Shown here: piece after piece, positions 1-9,582 of the stretch
How positions within the stretch are numbered: the stretch's first letter is position 1
How the letters are laid out: each line of letters starts with the position of its first letter
From: Phycisphaeraceae bacterium
GTDB taxonomy: Bacteria > Planctomycetota > Phycisphaerae > Phycisphaerales > Phycisphaeraceae
Assembly (NCBI GenBank): GCA_963674705.1
Contig: OY771506.1
Coordinates: forward strand, 2,912,001 to 2,976,000
Direction: 5' to 3'
DNA: 64,000 nt
Notes under the pieces: model-generated
Told to the model about the DNA's origin: nothing
The model's input: only the letters and a program-made list of their open reading frames with translations
Database searches by the model: none
Made by a program: the position numbers and the translations under genes

Positions 1-51
1 GTATTGGGCACCCTGATCGAGAAGTGCCTGCGGATCCGCGCCGACATGTAA
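1..51 (+). CDS. 3' end of a CDS, probably FliL-like flagellar protein (partial)
   Basis: Frame 1 reads VLGTLIEKCLRIRADM*; lies directly upstream of fliN. Confidence 0.45.
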   Translation, partial: VLGTLIEKCLRIRADM

Positions 52-82
52 ACCGGCGTGGCCGAAGACTCAAGGATGAGCT

Positions 83-526
83 ATGGCAGACGAAACCAAA
101 GACAACGAAGCCAAAAGCGCAGCCGAAGCCGAAGCGGAGGCTCAGATGCTGGCTGCGCTGAATGATGCTCAGTCATCACTGAACCAGATCAAAGACTCTG
201 CCGAGAGCGTGGACAGCGTGGACTTCAGCGAAGCGGCGTTCAGCGCTGCGCCGACCGGGTTGGAAATGCTCGGCGACGTCGATCTGCACGTTGCGGTTGA
301 ACTCGGCCGAACGGAAATGCTTGTTGAAGATGTATTGAAGCTGTCGTCCGGCAGCGTGGTCGAGTTGGACAAGCTCGCGGGCGATCCGGTTGATGTCTAC
401 GTGAACCAAAGGCTGGTCGCGCGTGGTGAAGTGCTGGTGTTGAACGACAACTTCTGTATCCGCATCAGTGAGATCATCGCAAACCTTCAGGAAGAGACGC
501 AGCAGGCCACACAGGAACAGAGTTAA
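83..526 (+). CDS. fliN: Flagellar motor switch protein FliN
   Basis: SpoA domain ([28 protein letters not shown]); AAGGA SD. Confidence 0.95.
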   Translation: MADETKDNEAKSAAEAEAEAQMLAALNDAQSSLNQIKDSAESVDSVDFSEAAFSAAPTGLEMLGDVDLHVAVELGRTEMLVEDVLKLSSGSVVELDKLAGDPVDVYVNQRLVARGEVLVLNDNFCIRISEIIANLQEETQQATQEQS

Positions 527-593
527 ACGGTATGATGAGCGGCCCGCAGAGGCGGGCATAGAAAAGTGAACCCGATGGGCAGGATGCCCTACC

Positions 594-1460
594 GTGGCGG
601 AGCCGCGGACGCAAGGCCAGGAGGGCCGAGTGGTGTTCAGGAATGCGTTTTCCACCGTCGTTTGTGCGCTGGTTCTTGCCACGTTGGTGACAAGTGCGCA
701 CGCAGACGACACAAAAACTCCCACTTCCGGGACATCTGCGAACGCATCCGAGACCGACGCGCGGCTGACACGTCTTGCGCACAAACTTGCCGATGACCAG
801 GCCGAACCAGACGCCCGAACATCCCTGGCAAGCGCCGCCGAGTCGGTCGAATCATCCGATGCCTCTGACACGATCGATGAGCCGGCGACCAAAGGCACGC
901 CGATCGTCAACGAGCGGACGAACCTCGCGCGGACGCCGCTGCTGCGTGGCGGCGCGGACAGTGAGACGCTAGCCGAGCGCGCGGATGGCAAGTCGTGGTT
1001 AATGCAGACGCTCATCGCGCTTGGCATCGTGGTTGGTTTAGCACTGGGTGTGCGGTTCATCTATGCACGGATGGGCGGTAAGGTTGCGGCCCATTCAAGC
1101 CCGGTCGTGGAAGTGTTGAGCCGAACGACGGTCGCGCCGCACAGTCATGTGATGCTGCTGCGTGTGGGTTCGCGTGTGCTGGTTGTCAGTGATTCATCTG
1201 CGGGGATGCGAACGCTTGCGAATGTTGATGATGCCGAAGAGGTGGCGGACATCCTCGGCGCGGTCAGCGCGACCAAAAACAACAGCATCACGCGCGGTTT
1301 CAGCCAACTATTGCATCGTTTCGGCGAAGAGCATGAAGACGATGAAGTTGCCGCGTTAACCGGCGAGCAACCGGCATCGGTGCACAAGGTGCGAGACAGC
1401 ATGTCGAGCCTGCTTTCGCGTGTGCGTTCGATGGGGCGCGAAGGGGGTGGGCCTGGATGA
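594..1460 (+). CDS. fliO: Flagellar biosynthesis protein FliO with long N-terminal periplasmic extension
   Basis: Signal-like N-terminus, TM segment, VEVLSRT..LLRVGSRVLVV motif; between fliN and fliP. Confidence 0.8.
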   Translation: MAEPRTQGQEGRVVFRNAFSTVVCALVLATLVTSAHADDTKTPTSGTSANASETDARLTRLAHKLADDQAEPDARTSLASAAESVESSDASDTIDEPATKGTPIVNERTNLARTPLLRGGADSETLAERADGKSWLMQTLIALGIVVGLALGVRFIYARMGGKVAAHSSPVVEVLSRTTVAPHSHVMLLRVGSRVLVVSDSSAGMRTLANVDDAEEVADILGAVSATKNNSITRGFSQLLHRFGEEHEDDEVAALTGEQPASVHKVRDSMSSLLSRVRSMGREGGGPG

Positions 1461-2311
1461 CGCTGCACCTTCGACATCATTGGGTCTGGTTGATCGCGTT
1501 AGTTGCCGCGATCTTGTTGCTTTTAATCACCGCTACGCCTGCACACGGCCAGGGCGTGCCCGAGAACTTCAACGCGGAAAACGTCGGTTCGGTCGTCCGC
1601 GCCGCAAGCGAAGCGTTCCCGGATACGGATGGTGACGGCAACTATCACGTCACGATCTCGATCGTCCTGCTGCTGACGGTCCTGACACTCGCGCCGGCGA
1701 TCCTCGTGATGTGCACGAGCTTCACGCGGATCATCGTCGTGCTGGCACTGTTGCGTCAGGCGCTGGGCACGCAGGCGCTGCCGCCATCGCAGGTGCTGGT
1801 AGGTTTGTCACTGTTCATGACGATGCTGGTGATGGCGCCGACGTTCGATCGGATCAACAACGAAGCGATCATCCCACTTACGGAGCAGCAGATCAACGAG
1901 GTCCAGGCTTGGGAGATCGCGAAGGTTCCGATCAAGACGTTCATGTTCGATCAGATTCAGTACGCGGGTAACGAAGCGGACATCTTCATGATCCTGGAAT
2001 ACCGGGGCGTGGATACGAGCGAGCCGCAGAAGCTGACGCTTGAAGATGATGTGGACATGATCACGCTTGTGCCGGCTTTCATCCTGAGTGAGTTGAAGGT
2101 CGCGTTCTTGATGGGGTTCCAGTTGTACCTGCCGTTTTTGATCATCGACATGGTGATTTCGAGCGTGTTGATTTCGATGGGCATGATGATGTTGCCGCCG
2201 GTGCTGATTTCGCTGCCGTTCAAGCTGTTGCTGTTCGTGCTGGTGGATGGTTGGCTTCTGGTGGCGGGGAACCTGTTGTCGAGCTTCGCGGTTCCCGGCG
2301 TTACTACGTAG
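1457..2311 (+). CDS. fliP: Flagellar export gate protein FliP
   Basis: TSFTRIIVVL, PAFILSELK, GMMMLPP, PFKLLLFVLVDGW. Confidence 0.98.
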   Translation: MTLHLRHHWVWLIALVAAILLLLITATPAHGQGVPENFNAENVGSVVRAASEAFPDTDGDGNYHVTISIVLLLTVLTLAPAILVMCTSFTRIIVVLALLRQALGTQALPPSQVLVGLSLFMTMLVMAPTFDRINNEAIIPLTEQQINEVQAWEIAKVPIKTFMFDQIQYAGNEADIFMILEYRGVDTSEPQKLTLEDDVDMITLVPAFILSELKVAFLMGFQLYLPFLIIDMVISSVLISMGMMMLPPVLISLPFKLLLFVLVDGWLLVAGNLLSSFAVPGVTT

Positions 2312-2360
2312 AAAAAGTTTCGGCGCTACCGCTGCGCGCAGATGGATTGAGCGAAAGGGC

Positions 2361-2627
2361 ATGACGATGGCGATGACCGTAGAACAAGCGATTGATGTGG
2401 TGCGTGAGACGCTGACATTGATGTTGATGCTGTCGCTTCCGATCCTCGCGGCGGCGCTATTGATCGGCCTGGCGGTGAGTCTGCTCCAGGCGGTGACGCA
2501 GGTGCAGGAACAGACGCTTAGCTTCGTGCCGAAGATCATCGGGATGGGGCTTGCCGCGATCTTCGTGCTGCCTTGGATCACCGCACAGATCATGGACTTT
2601 GCCACGCGCATGTTCGGCGGCGCTTAA
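2361..2627 (+). CDS. fliQ: Flagellar export gate protein FliQ
   Basis: QAVTQVQEQTLSFVPK; start moved to ATG 2361 (2367 or 2373 possible). Confidence 0.95.
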   Translation: MTMAMTVEQAIDVVRETLTLMLMLSLPILAAALLIGLAVSLLQAVTQVQEQTLSFVPKIIGMGLAAIFVLPWITAQIMDFATRMFGGA

Positions 2628-2698
2628 CGGAAACGTTTTTGTGTCAGCAGGCAAGCGGGTGGAACCCGCTTAACAGATAAGGGCAGGAGGCCCGAACC

Positions 2699-3526
2699 TT
2701 GATCGGCGATTTTGGACCATTACTCGATCACTTACCGGCATGGCTGATGGTCATGTTCCGGCTGACGGGTATCTTCCTGCTCGCGCCGATCTTCGGCAGC
2801 GCGACGATCCCGCGCACCGTCAAGGTCATGCTTGTCTTTACCTTGACGTGTTGCATCTACCCGATGCTGCTGAATCCGGGTAATTCGTCCGCGGTGATGC
2901 TTGCGCCGGTGATCGATCACGATCTGAACCTGTGGCTATTGCTTCCTTACATCGCGATGGAATTGATGATCGGCCTGGTGATCGGCTACTGCGCGAGCCT
3001 GCCGATGATCGGGATGCAGCTTGGGGGGGATGTGATTGATAAGCAGATCGGCATCGGCTTTGCCGACATCGTGAACCCGGAAACGGGCGAGCAGTCGGGC
3101 GTGATGGCGAACTCGCTGTTCATGATGGGGCTTGCGATCTTCGCGATCCTCGGCGGGCACCGGATCATGCTGCGTATCCTCGTCGGCAGCTTTGACATGA
3201 TTCCGATCGGCGGATTCGCGGACTTCGCGAAGGTCGAAGGTCTGGTCAACCTGGTTTTGGGTTTGCTGACCGTGATCTTCCAGATGGGGTTCCGGATCGC
3301 GGCGCCGTTGTTGTGTCTGATCTTCCTTCAGACGGTTGCATTGGGTTTCATCGCGCGAACGGTTCCGCAACTGAACATCATGAGCGTGGGTTTCACGATC
3401 CGTATTTTGAACGGCACGACGATGATGATCGCGTTCATTGCGATCGCCGCGTGGCTGTATGCGGATCAGATGATGGGGATCCTGACGGAGATCGCGAAGT
3501 TTTTCGATTTGGAGTTGTTGTTTTAA
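2699..3526 (+). CDS. fliR: Flagellar export gate protein FliR
   Basis: Multi-TM, ARTVPQLNIMSVGF; TTG start after AGGAGG. Confidence 0.95.
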   Translation: MIGDFGPLLDHLPAWLMVMFRLTGIFLLAPIFGSATIPRTVKVMLVFTLTCCIYPMLLNPGNSSAVMLAPVIDHDLNLWLLLPYIAMELMIGLVIGYCASLPMIGMQLGGDVIDKQIGIGFADIVNPETGEQSGVMANSLFMMGLAIFAILGGHRIMLRILVGSFDMIPIGGFADFAKVEGLVNLVLGLLTVIFQMGFRIAAPLLCLIFLQTVALGFIARTVPQLNIMSVGFTIRILNGTTMMIAFIAIAAWLYADQMMGILTEIAKFFDLELLF

Positions 3527-3529
3527 GCC

Positions 3530-4600
3530 ATGGCTGAGAATCAATTTGAAAAAACCGAAGCCCCAACGCCACGGCGCAAGCAGGAAGCGCGTGAGGATGG
3601 CAACGTGGCGCGCAGCACAGACCTGACTGCGGCGATCATGTTGCTGGCGGCCATCGTGGCGTTGAACGTGCTGGGCACACGGATGATTCAGACACTGGGC
3701 CATGCGACACGTGTGCTGTTGAGTTCAGAGCACCACCCGAACCCGACGCGCATCGATGGGCTTGGTGAGAGCGCTTACTACAGCGTGTACATGTTTGCGA
3801 TAGCGCTCGGTCCGATCGTGTTGGCGATCATGGCGGTGGGTCTGCTGGCATCATTGGGGCAGGTCGGTTTCTTATTAACGCTTAAGCCGCTTCAGCCTAA
3901 CTTCGGCAAGCTGTCGCCGATCAAGGGCGTGTCGAACCTGTTCAGCGCCCGTGCGGGGATGCGGCTGGTGATGAGCGTTTTGAAAGTGATCCTGATCGCG
4001 ACGGTGGCGATCTGGTTCGTGATGGGTGACATGCCACGCATCCTGCATATCGCGGAGATGGAGGCGCTGCAGGCGTTCGCCGCGGCGGGCACGATCGTTT
4101 ACGTGCTTGCGCTGAAGCTTGCTCTGCTTCTGCTGGTGATGGCGATCCTGGATTATGCGTTCCAGCGCTATCAGCACGAGCAGGATCTGAAGATGAGCAA
4201 GCAGGATGTGAAGGAAGAGATGAAGCGGATGGAAGGCGATCCGATGGTCAAGCAGCGACGTACACGTGTTGCACGTCAGCTCGCGATGCAGCGGATCGCT
4301 CAGGCGGTGCCGAAGGCAGACGTCGTGGTGACGAACCCGACGCATTACGCGATCGCGCTGCAATACGATTCGCAGACGATGCGGGCGCCGAAGGTGATCG
4401 CCAAAGGCGCAGACTTCATGGCGATGCGTATCCGCCAGATCGCGATAGCCAACGGCATCCCGCTGGTCGAGCGCAAGCCGCTGGCGCAGGCGTTGTACAA
4501 GCACGTAGAGATCGGCGATGAGGTGCCGCCGGAACATTACACGGCGGTGGCGGAGATTCTTGCTTACGTTTACAGGTTGAGTGGGAGGAAGTCGGCGTAG
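3530..4600 (+). CDS. flhB: Flagellar export switch protein FlhB
   Basis: EKTEAPTPRR, EGDP, NPTH autocleavage motif. Confidence 0.98.
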   Translation: MAENQFEKTEAPTPRRKQEAREDGNVARSTDLTAAIMLLAAIVALNVLGTRMIQTLGHATRVLLSSEHHPNPTRIDGLGESAYYSVYMFAIALGPIVLAIMAVGLLASLGQVGFLLTLKPLQPNFGKLSPIKGVSNLFSARAGMRLVMSVLKVILIATVAIWFVMGDMPRILHIAEMEALQAFAAAGTIVYVLALKLALLLLVMAILDYAFQRYQHEQDLKMSKQDVKEEMKRMEGDPMVKQRRTRVARQLAMQRIAQAVPKADVVVTNPTHYAIALQYDSQTMRAPKVIAKGADFMAMRIRQIAIANGIPLVERKPLAQALYKHVEIGDEVPPEHYTAVAEILAYVYRLSGRKSA

Positions 4601-4604
4601 CGAC

Positions 4605-4636
4605 AAGCCATTAGCCATTAGCCGTTAGCCATTAGC
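4605..4636. repeat. Left arm: (GCCATTA)n heptamer tandem, inverted relative to 5001-5032
   Basis: AAGCCATTAGCCATTAGCCGTTAGCCATTAGC; 30/32 match to the reverse complement of 5001-5032. Confidence 0.95.
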
Positions 4637-4647
4637 TAGAAAGACGT

Positions 4648-5019
4648 ATGGGACAGACTTCACGAGATTATGCGAAGCTTCAGGTGTGGCAGAAAGCCCA
4701 CGTGCTGACGCTGCGCATCTACGAAGCAACTCGACGTTTTCCTGCTGATGAACGGTTTGGTTTGACCAGTCAGATGCGGCGATCGGCGGCCTCTGTGCCG
4801 GCGAACATTGCTGAAGGCTGTGGGCGTGGCGGTGAAAGTGAACTGGCCCGGTATCTGCAGATTGCTCAGGGCTCCGGATCGGAGCTGAGTTACCACCTGC
4901 TGCTAGCTCGCGATTTGGGCTTTATGAAAGAGGAGATCGCAAACGAACTCATTAGGTTGTCGCGTGAGGTTACACGCATGCTCCAGTCCTACCGTTCCAA
5001 GCTAAGGGCTAATGGCTAA
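4648..5019 (+). CDS. Four-helix-bundle protein (23S rRNA IVS protein-like, TIGR02436-type)
   Basis: L.VWQKA, FP.DERFGLTSQMRRSA.SVPANIAEG.GR, IAQGS.SE. Confidence 0.93.
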   Translation: MGQTSRDYAKLQVWQKAHVLTLRIYEATRRFPADERFGLTSQMRRSAASVPANIAEGCGRGGESELARYLQIAQGSGSELSYHLLLARDLGFMKEEIANELIRLSREVTRMLQSYRSKLRANG

Positions 5020-5032
5020 TGGCTAATGGCTT
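5001..5032. repeat. Right arm: (GCTAATG)n heptamer tandem containing the cargo stop and the flhA start
   Basis: GCTAAGG GCTAATG GCTAATG GCTAATG GCTT; TAA 5017-5019 overlaps ATG 5019. Confidence 0.95.
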
Positions 5033-7226
5033 AAACACCACCCCCGCATGGCTTCTACGGCTGTACAAGTACCGGCCGTTGTTGGTGCCTATTGCTTTTA
5101 TCGGGATGTTGGCGATGGTGGTGGTGCCGATGCCGCCGATGTTGATGGACTTGATGATCTCCATGAACATCGCTCTGGCGGCGATCATTCTGCTGACGAC
5201 GATCTTTGTCGAAAGCCCCTTGGACTTTTCCGTGTTCCCGTCGCTTTTGTTGGGTACGACTCTGTTCCGGCTTGTGTTGAATATCGCAACGACGAAGATG
5301 ATCCTATCGGCCGACCCGACAAGCCCGCAGGCGGCGACGGCGGCGGCGGGGAAGGTGATCCAGGCGTTTGCCGAGTTCGTGACGGGTTCGTCGATTGTGG
5401 TCGGCGTGGTCATGTTCTCGATCCTGATCATCATTCAGTTCGTCGTGATCACCAAAGGTGCGACACGTATTTCGGAAGTGGCGGCGCGTTTCACGTTGGA
5501 CGGGATGCCGGGCAAGCAGATGGCGATCGACGCTGATCTGAACGCCGGGCTCATTGATGAGCAGACGGCCCGCATGCGTCGTGAAGCGATCGCACAGGAA
5601 GCCGATTTTTATGGAGCGATGGACGGTGCTGCGAAGTTCGTTCGCGGCGACGCGATCGCGGGCATCATCATTACGATCGTGAACATCCTCGGCGGGTTTG
5701 CGATCGGTGTGTTTATGAACGGCTGGACGATCGCGGAATCGGTCGATGTGTTTACCAAGCTGACGGTGGGTGATGGTCTTGTGTCGCAGTTACCGGCGTT
5801 TGTGATTTCGGTGGCGGCGGGTTTGATCGTGACGCGATCCAGCAGCCGACAGGACCTGGGGACGGAACTGACGGGGCAGTTGACCAGCCGAAAAGCGGCG
5901 CTGGGGATCACATCAGGATTTCTGATCTTGCTGGGGCTATTGACGCCCTTGCCGACGGCGCCGATGTTGTTGCTGGGTCTAGCGTTAGGTGGATTTGTGT
6001 TTATGACGCACCGGTCGGCGGCGCAGGTGGCGCAGGTCGAAGCGCAGAAGGCTGCCAAGCCTGCGCGTGCGGATGAGTCGCCGGTCGAAGAGGTGATGAA
6101 GGTCGACATGCTCGAGCTTGAAGTGGGGTATGGCTTGGTACGTCTGGTGGATCAATCGCAGGGCGGAGATCTGTTGAACCGGATCACGATGATCCGCAGG
6201 CAGTTGGCGACGGAGATGGGGCTGGTGATGCCGCCGGTGCGTATCCGCGACAACATGCAGCTTCAGCCTAATGATTACCAGATCAAGATCCGCGGTAACG
6301 TGATGGCGCGCGGTCAGGTGCATCCCGGCAAGTACCTGGCGATGGACTCGGGGCTTGCCAGTGAACCGTTGAAGGGCGTTAAGACGGTCGAGCCTGCGTT
6401 CGGGTTGGAAGCGGTGTGGATCAGCCCGGGCCAGAAGGAACGTGCCGAGGCGCTCAACTACACGGTCGTCGGCGCGACGGATGTGTTGGCGACGCATATC
6501 ACCGAGGTTGTGCGTAACCATGCACGCGAACTGTTGACGCGCGAAGAGACAAACAACCTTATCATCCAGTTGAAGGAACGTGCACCGAAGCTGTGCGAAG
6601 AGGTGCTGCAGCCGACGGGCGACAAGCCACCGCTGGTCAAGCCGGGCGAATTACAGCGTGTCTTGCAGAACCTGTTGTCCGAGCGTGTGCCTGTGCGTGA
6701 TCTTGAAGTGATAGTGGAAACGTTAGGCGATTGGGCGACGCGGACAAGAGATTTAGATGTTTTGACAGAATATGTACGAAATTCACTTAGTAGGACGATC
6801 TGTAATCTGTACACTGTGTCAGAACCATCGGGTGATGGCACGAATCCAGGTATGACGTCGAACAAGTTATATTGTGTAAGCCTGGACCCGGCGATAGAGG
6901 ATCAAATCAACGGCTATGTCGAAAGGTCGAACGAGGGGACAAGCATGACAATGCCGCCGGCGGTTGCGAACAAGATAACTGGGGCGATCCTTGAAGAGTT
7001 GAATCGTCTGACTCAGATGGGTCATCACCCGGTGCTGTTGGCGTCGCCGCAAGTCCGTGGGCCAGTCAGGCAATTGATCGAACCGCACCTGCCGACGGCG
7101 GCGGTATTGGGATACAACGAAGTCAGTAAGGGGGTCGAGGTCGAGGCGCTGGGTATGGTGCAGATGCCGCAACCACAGCAGGCCGGCGGCCGCAGGGTTG
7201 AAGAATTACAAGGGGCAGTTAATTGA
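5019..7226 (+). CDS. flhA: Flagellar export protein FlhA
   Basis: RISEVAARFTLDGMPGKQMAIDADL, FYGAMDGAAKFVRGDAIAG. Confidence 0.98.
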   Translation: MANGLNTTPAWLLRLYKYRPLLVPIAFIGMLAMVVVPMPPMLMDLMISMNIALAAIILLTTIFVESPLDFSVFPSLLLGTTLFRLVLNIATTKMILSADPTSPQAATAAAGKVIQAFAEFVTGSSIVVGVVMFSILIIIQFVVITKGATRISEVAARFTLDGMPGKQMAIDADLNAGLIDEQTARMRREAIAQEADFYGAMDGAAKFVRGDAIAGIIITIVNILGGFAIGVFMNGWTIAESVDVFTKLTVGDGLVSQLPAFVISVAAGLIVTRSSSRQDLGTELTGQLTSRKAALGITSGFLILLGLLTPLPTAPMLLLGLALGGFVFMTHRSAAQVAQVEAQKAAKPARADESPVEEVMKVDMLELEVGYGLVRLVDQSQGGDLLNRITMIRRQLATEMGLVMPPVRIRDNMQLQPNDYQIKIRGNVMARGQVHPGKYLAMDSGLASEPLKGVKTVEPAFGLEAVWISPGQKERAEALNYTVVGATDVLATHITEVVRNHARELLTREETNNLIIQLKERAPKLCEEVLQPTGDKPPLVKPGELQRVLQNLLSERVPVRDLEVIVETLGDWATRTRDLDVLTEYVRNSLSRTICNLYTVSEPSGDGTNPGMTSNKLYCVSLDPAIEDQINGYVERSNEGTSMTMPPAVANKITGAILEELNRLTQMGHHPVLLASPQVRGPVRQLIEPHLPTAAVLGYNEVSKGVEVEALGMVQMPQPQQAGGRRVEELQGAVN

Positions 7227-8548
7227 ATCTGAAGACATTTTCCGCGGAATCGATGGCACAGGCGTTGGCGCTGGTCAAGCGTGACCTGGGTTCGGACGCA
7301 GTGGTGCTTCACACACGCAGCTATAAGCGAGGCGGTGTGCTGGGGATAGGTGCGAGAACGATCGTGGAGGTGACGGCCGGGAAGGGCTCGGAGGTAGCGC
7401 GTAGTCGCCGGCGTGCGGCGGGTACAACACGTGCCACGGCATTACCGAAGCGCAGGCCTGCGATCGCGCAGGCCGATCCGAAACAGCACGCAGCGGCGGG
7501 GGACCTGATCCGCCGGACCTATGCCGCAGCGAAAGCGGAGATCGAACAGTCCCGTCAACAGGAGTTGCAGGAAGCGGCGACCGCGACGTTGGAGCCACCG
7601 GTCATGGTGACTTCGCCGGCGATGCCTGATCCGTATCAGTTGGCTAAAGAGATGAGCGAGGTGAAGCATCTTGTTTCGTGCATGATGCACCAGCAGCAAT
7701 GCAAGGGCGAGCCGACGAGTCTGCCCAAGGGTTTGAGCCAGCAGTATGCGACGCTGCTGCAACAGGAAGTGGCGTGCGAACTGGCGGATGAGATTGTGAG
7801 CAAGGTTCGCCGAGAATTAAGCGACGAGCAGTTGGCTGATGAAACAGCATGCCGGGACGCGGTCCGCAAGCATCTGGCTGGGTATTTGCCTACCGAAGCG
7901 GGGGTCGAGGTTGTGGACGTGGCCAAAACCGAGGACGGCCGGCCGCGGACGATTGCGCTGGTCGGGCCGACGGGTGTGGGTAAGACGACGACGATCGCCA
8001 AGCTCGCAGCGACATTCAAGATCAAGCAGAAGAAAAATGTGGCGCTGATCACGCTGGACACGTACCGTATTGCGGCGGTGGATCAGTTGAAGACGTATGC
8101 GGGGATCATCGGCGTGCCTCTGCACGTTGTGCTCAAGCCGGAGGAGGTCGAATCGACGCTCGCCAAGTGCTCGCGCTACGATGTTGTGCTGATCGATACA
8201 GCCGGTCGCAGTCAACGTGACGATGAGCGGCTGACACAATTGTCACAGTTTTTGGCTGAGGCGAGGCCGCACGAGACGCACCTGGTGCTGTCCTCGACGT
8301 GCTCGCAGCAAGTGTTGATGGAGACGGTGGATCGGTTCAGTTGCGTGAAGACGGACCGGATCATCTTTACCAAACTGGATGAAGCCGTTACCTTTGGGGT
8401 GTTGTTGAATGTTCTGGGCAAGGCGGACAAGCGCCTCAGCTACGTGACGACGGGGCAGGAAGTGCCACATCAGATCGAGCGGGGGTGCCCGAACCGGTTG
8501 GCCGACCTGGTTTTGGGCAGTGTCTCGGGAGGGAGAAGTGATCGCTGA
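7223..8548 (+). CDS. flhF: SRP-type GTPase FlhF
   Basis: GPTGVGKTTT, DTYRIAAVDQL, DTAGRS, TKLDE, TTGQEVP. Confidence 0.96.
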   Translation: MNLKTFSAESMAQALALVKRDLGSDAVVLHTRSYKRGGVLGIGARTIVEVTAGKGSEVARSRRRAAGTTRATALPKRRPAIAQADPKQHAAAGDLIRRTYAAAKAEIEQSRQQELQEAATATLEPPVMVTSPAMPDPYQLAKEMSEVKHLVSCMMHQQQCKGEPTSLPKGLSQQYATLLQQEVACELADEIVSKVRRELSDEQLADETACRDAVRKHLAGYLPTEAGVEVVDVAKTEDGRPRTIALVGPTGVGKTTTIAKLAATFKIKQKKNVALITLDTYRIAAVDQLKTYAGIIGVPLHVVLKPEEVESTLAKCSRYDVVLIDTAGRSQRDDERLTQLSQFLAEARPHETHLVLSSTCSQQVLMETVDRFSCVKTDRIIFTKLDEAVTFGVLLNVLGKADKRLSYVTTGQEVPHQIERGCPNRLADLVLGSVSGGRSDR

Positions 8549-9431
8549 TCAAGCAGAAGCACTGAGGGAACTGGTGGCTGAAGACCAGGCCCGGGGTCCG
8601 ATCGCCCAGACGATATCACTGGCGCCGGCCCCCCCGCGCGCGATAACTATAGCCGTAACAAGCGGTAAGGGCGGCGTGGGCAAGACAAGCGTGTCGGTGA
8701 ACCTGGCGGTTCAACTGGCGAAGATGGGCAGGCGGGTGATCCTGATGGATGCCGACCTGGGCACCGCCAATGCCGACGTCATATGCAATCTCAATGCCCC
8801 GCGGAATCTTTCGCACGTGGTTGCTGGACGATGTTCACTGCATGAGGCGCTGGTCGACGCGCCGGGCGGTTTCAAGCTGATCGCGGGGGCGTCGGGGCTG
8901 AGCCAGATGGCGGCGCTGGGCGAGTTCGAGCGTGCCCGGCTGATGGACCAGATGCGGTACCTGGAGGATGAGGCGGACCTGATCCTGATCGACACCGGTG
9001 CCGGGGTTGGCCCCAATGTCTTGGGATTTCTTGTGGCGGTGGACCAGATTCTTGTGGTCACGACACCCGAGCCGACGGCGATCACGGACGCCTATGCGGT
9101 GATCAAGACGGCCAGCCGTCAGGCGGATGACCTGGACATGCGCTTGCTGGTGAACCAGGTTCGCGACGAGCGCGAAGCGCGCGCCGTTTACGATCGGGTG
9201 GGTGGCGTGTGCCGTCGTTTTCTGGATGTAACGCCGCGTTACGCCGGGCATGTATTGAGCGATCCGCGCGTGCCGTATGCGGTGCGTCGTCGTCAACCTT
9301 TCGTGCTTGAACATCCGGCGAGTCCGGCGAGCATGTGCATGCATCGATTAGCGCACCGCATTGATCGTCACGCATCGACTCCGCGTGACCAGGGTTTGTT
9401 ACGGCGCATGGCGGCGTGGCTTGTTGGTTGA
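8538..9431 (+). CDS. flhG: MinD-like ATPase FlhG/FleN
   Basis: SGKGGVGKT, DADLG.AN, DTGAG, TPEPTAITDAYA; follows flhF. Confidence 0.93.
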   Translation: MIADQAEALRELVAEDQARGPIAQTISLAPAPPRAITIAVTSGKGGVGKTSVSVNLAVQLAKMGRRVILMDADLGTANADVICNLNAPRNLSHVVAGRCSLHEALVDAPGGFKLIAGASGLSQMAALGEFERARLMDQMRYLEDEADLILIDTGAGVGPNVLGFLVAVDQILVVTTPEPTAITDAYAVIKTASRQADDLDMRLLVNQVRDEREARAVYDRVGGVCRRFLDVTPRYAGHVLSDPRVPYAVRRRQPFVLEHPASPASMCMHRLAHRIDRHASTPRDQGLLRRMAAWLVG

Positions 9432-9456
9432 AGAACTGCGCATTTTTTGCCGATTA
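9429..9456 (+). promoter_or_regulatory. Putative sigma28 promoter upstream of the small ORF and fliA
   Basis: TGAAG-N15-GCCGATTA versus consensus TAAA-N15-GCCGATAA. Confidence 0.5.
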
Positions 9457-9582
9457 ACCTGTTCAAAAAATTTTTTTTATTGACTCTGACTTTCCCCTTC
9501 ACAGGCGCGCGCGATCGGCTATACTCGCAGTTCAACGGATTGGATTGTCTGAGCAAAGGAGTGCTCCACCATCCCCGCAAGA

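Noticed and set aside
4648..5019. Diversity-generating retroelement suggested by the Avd-like fold
   Set aside because: No reverse transcriptase and no adenine-specific TR/VR pair seen in the window
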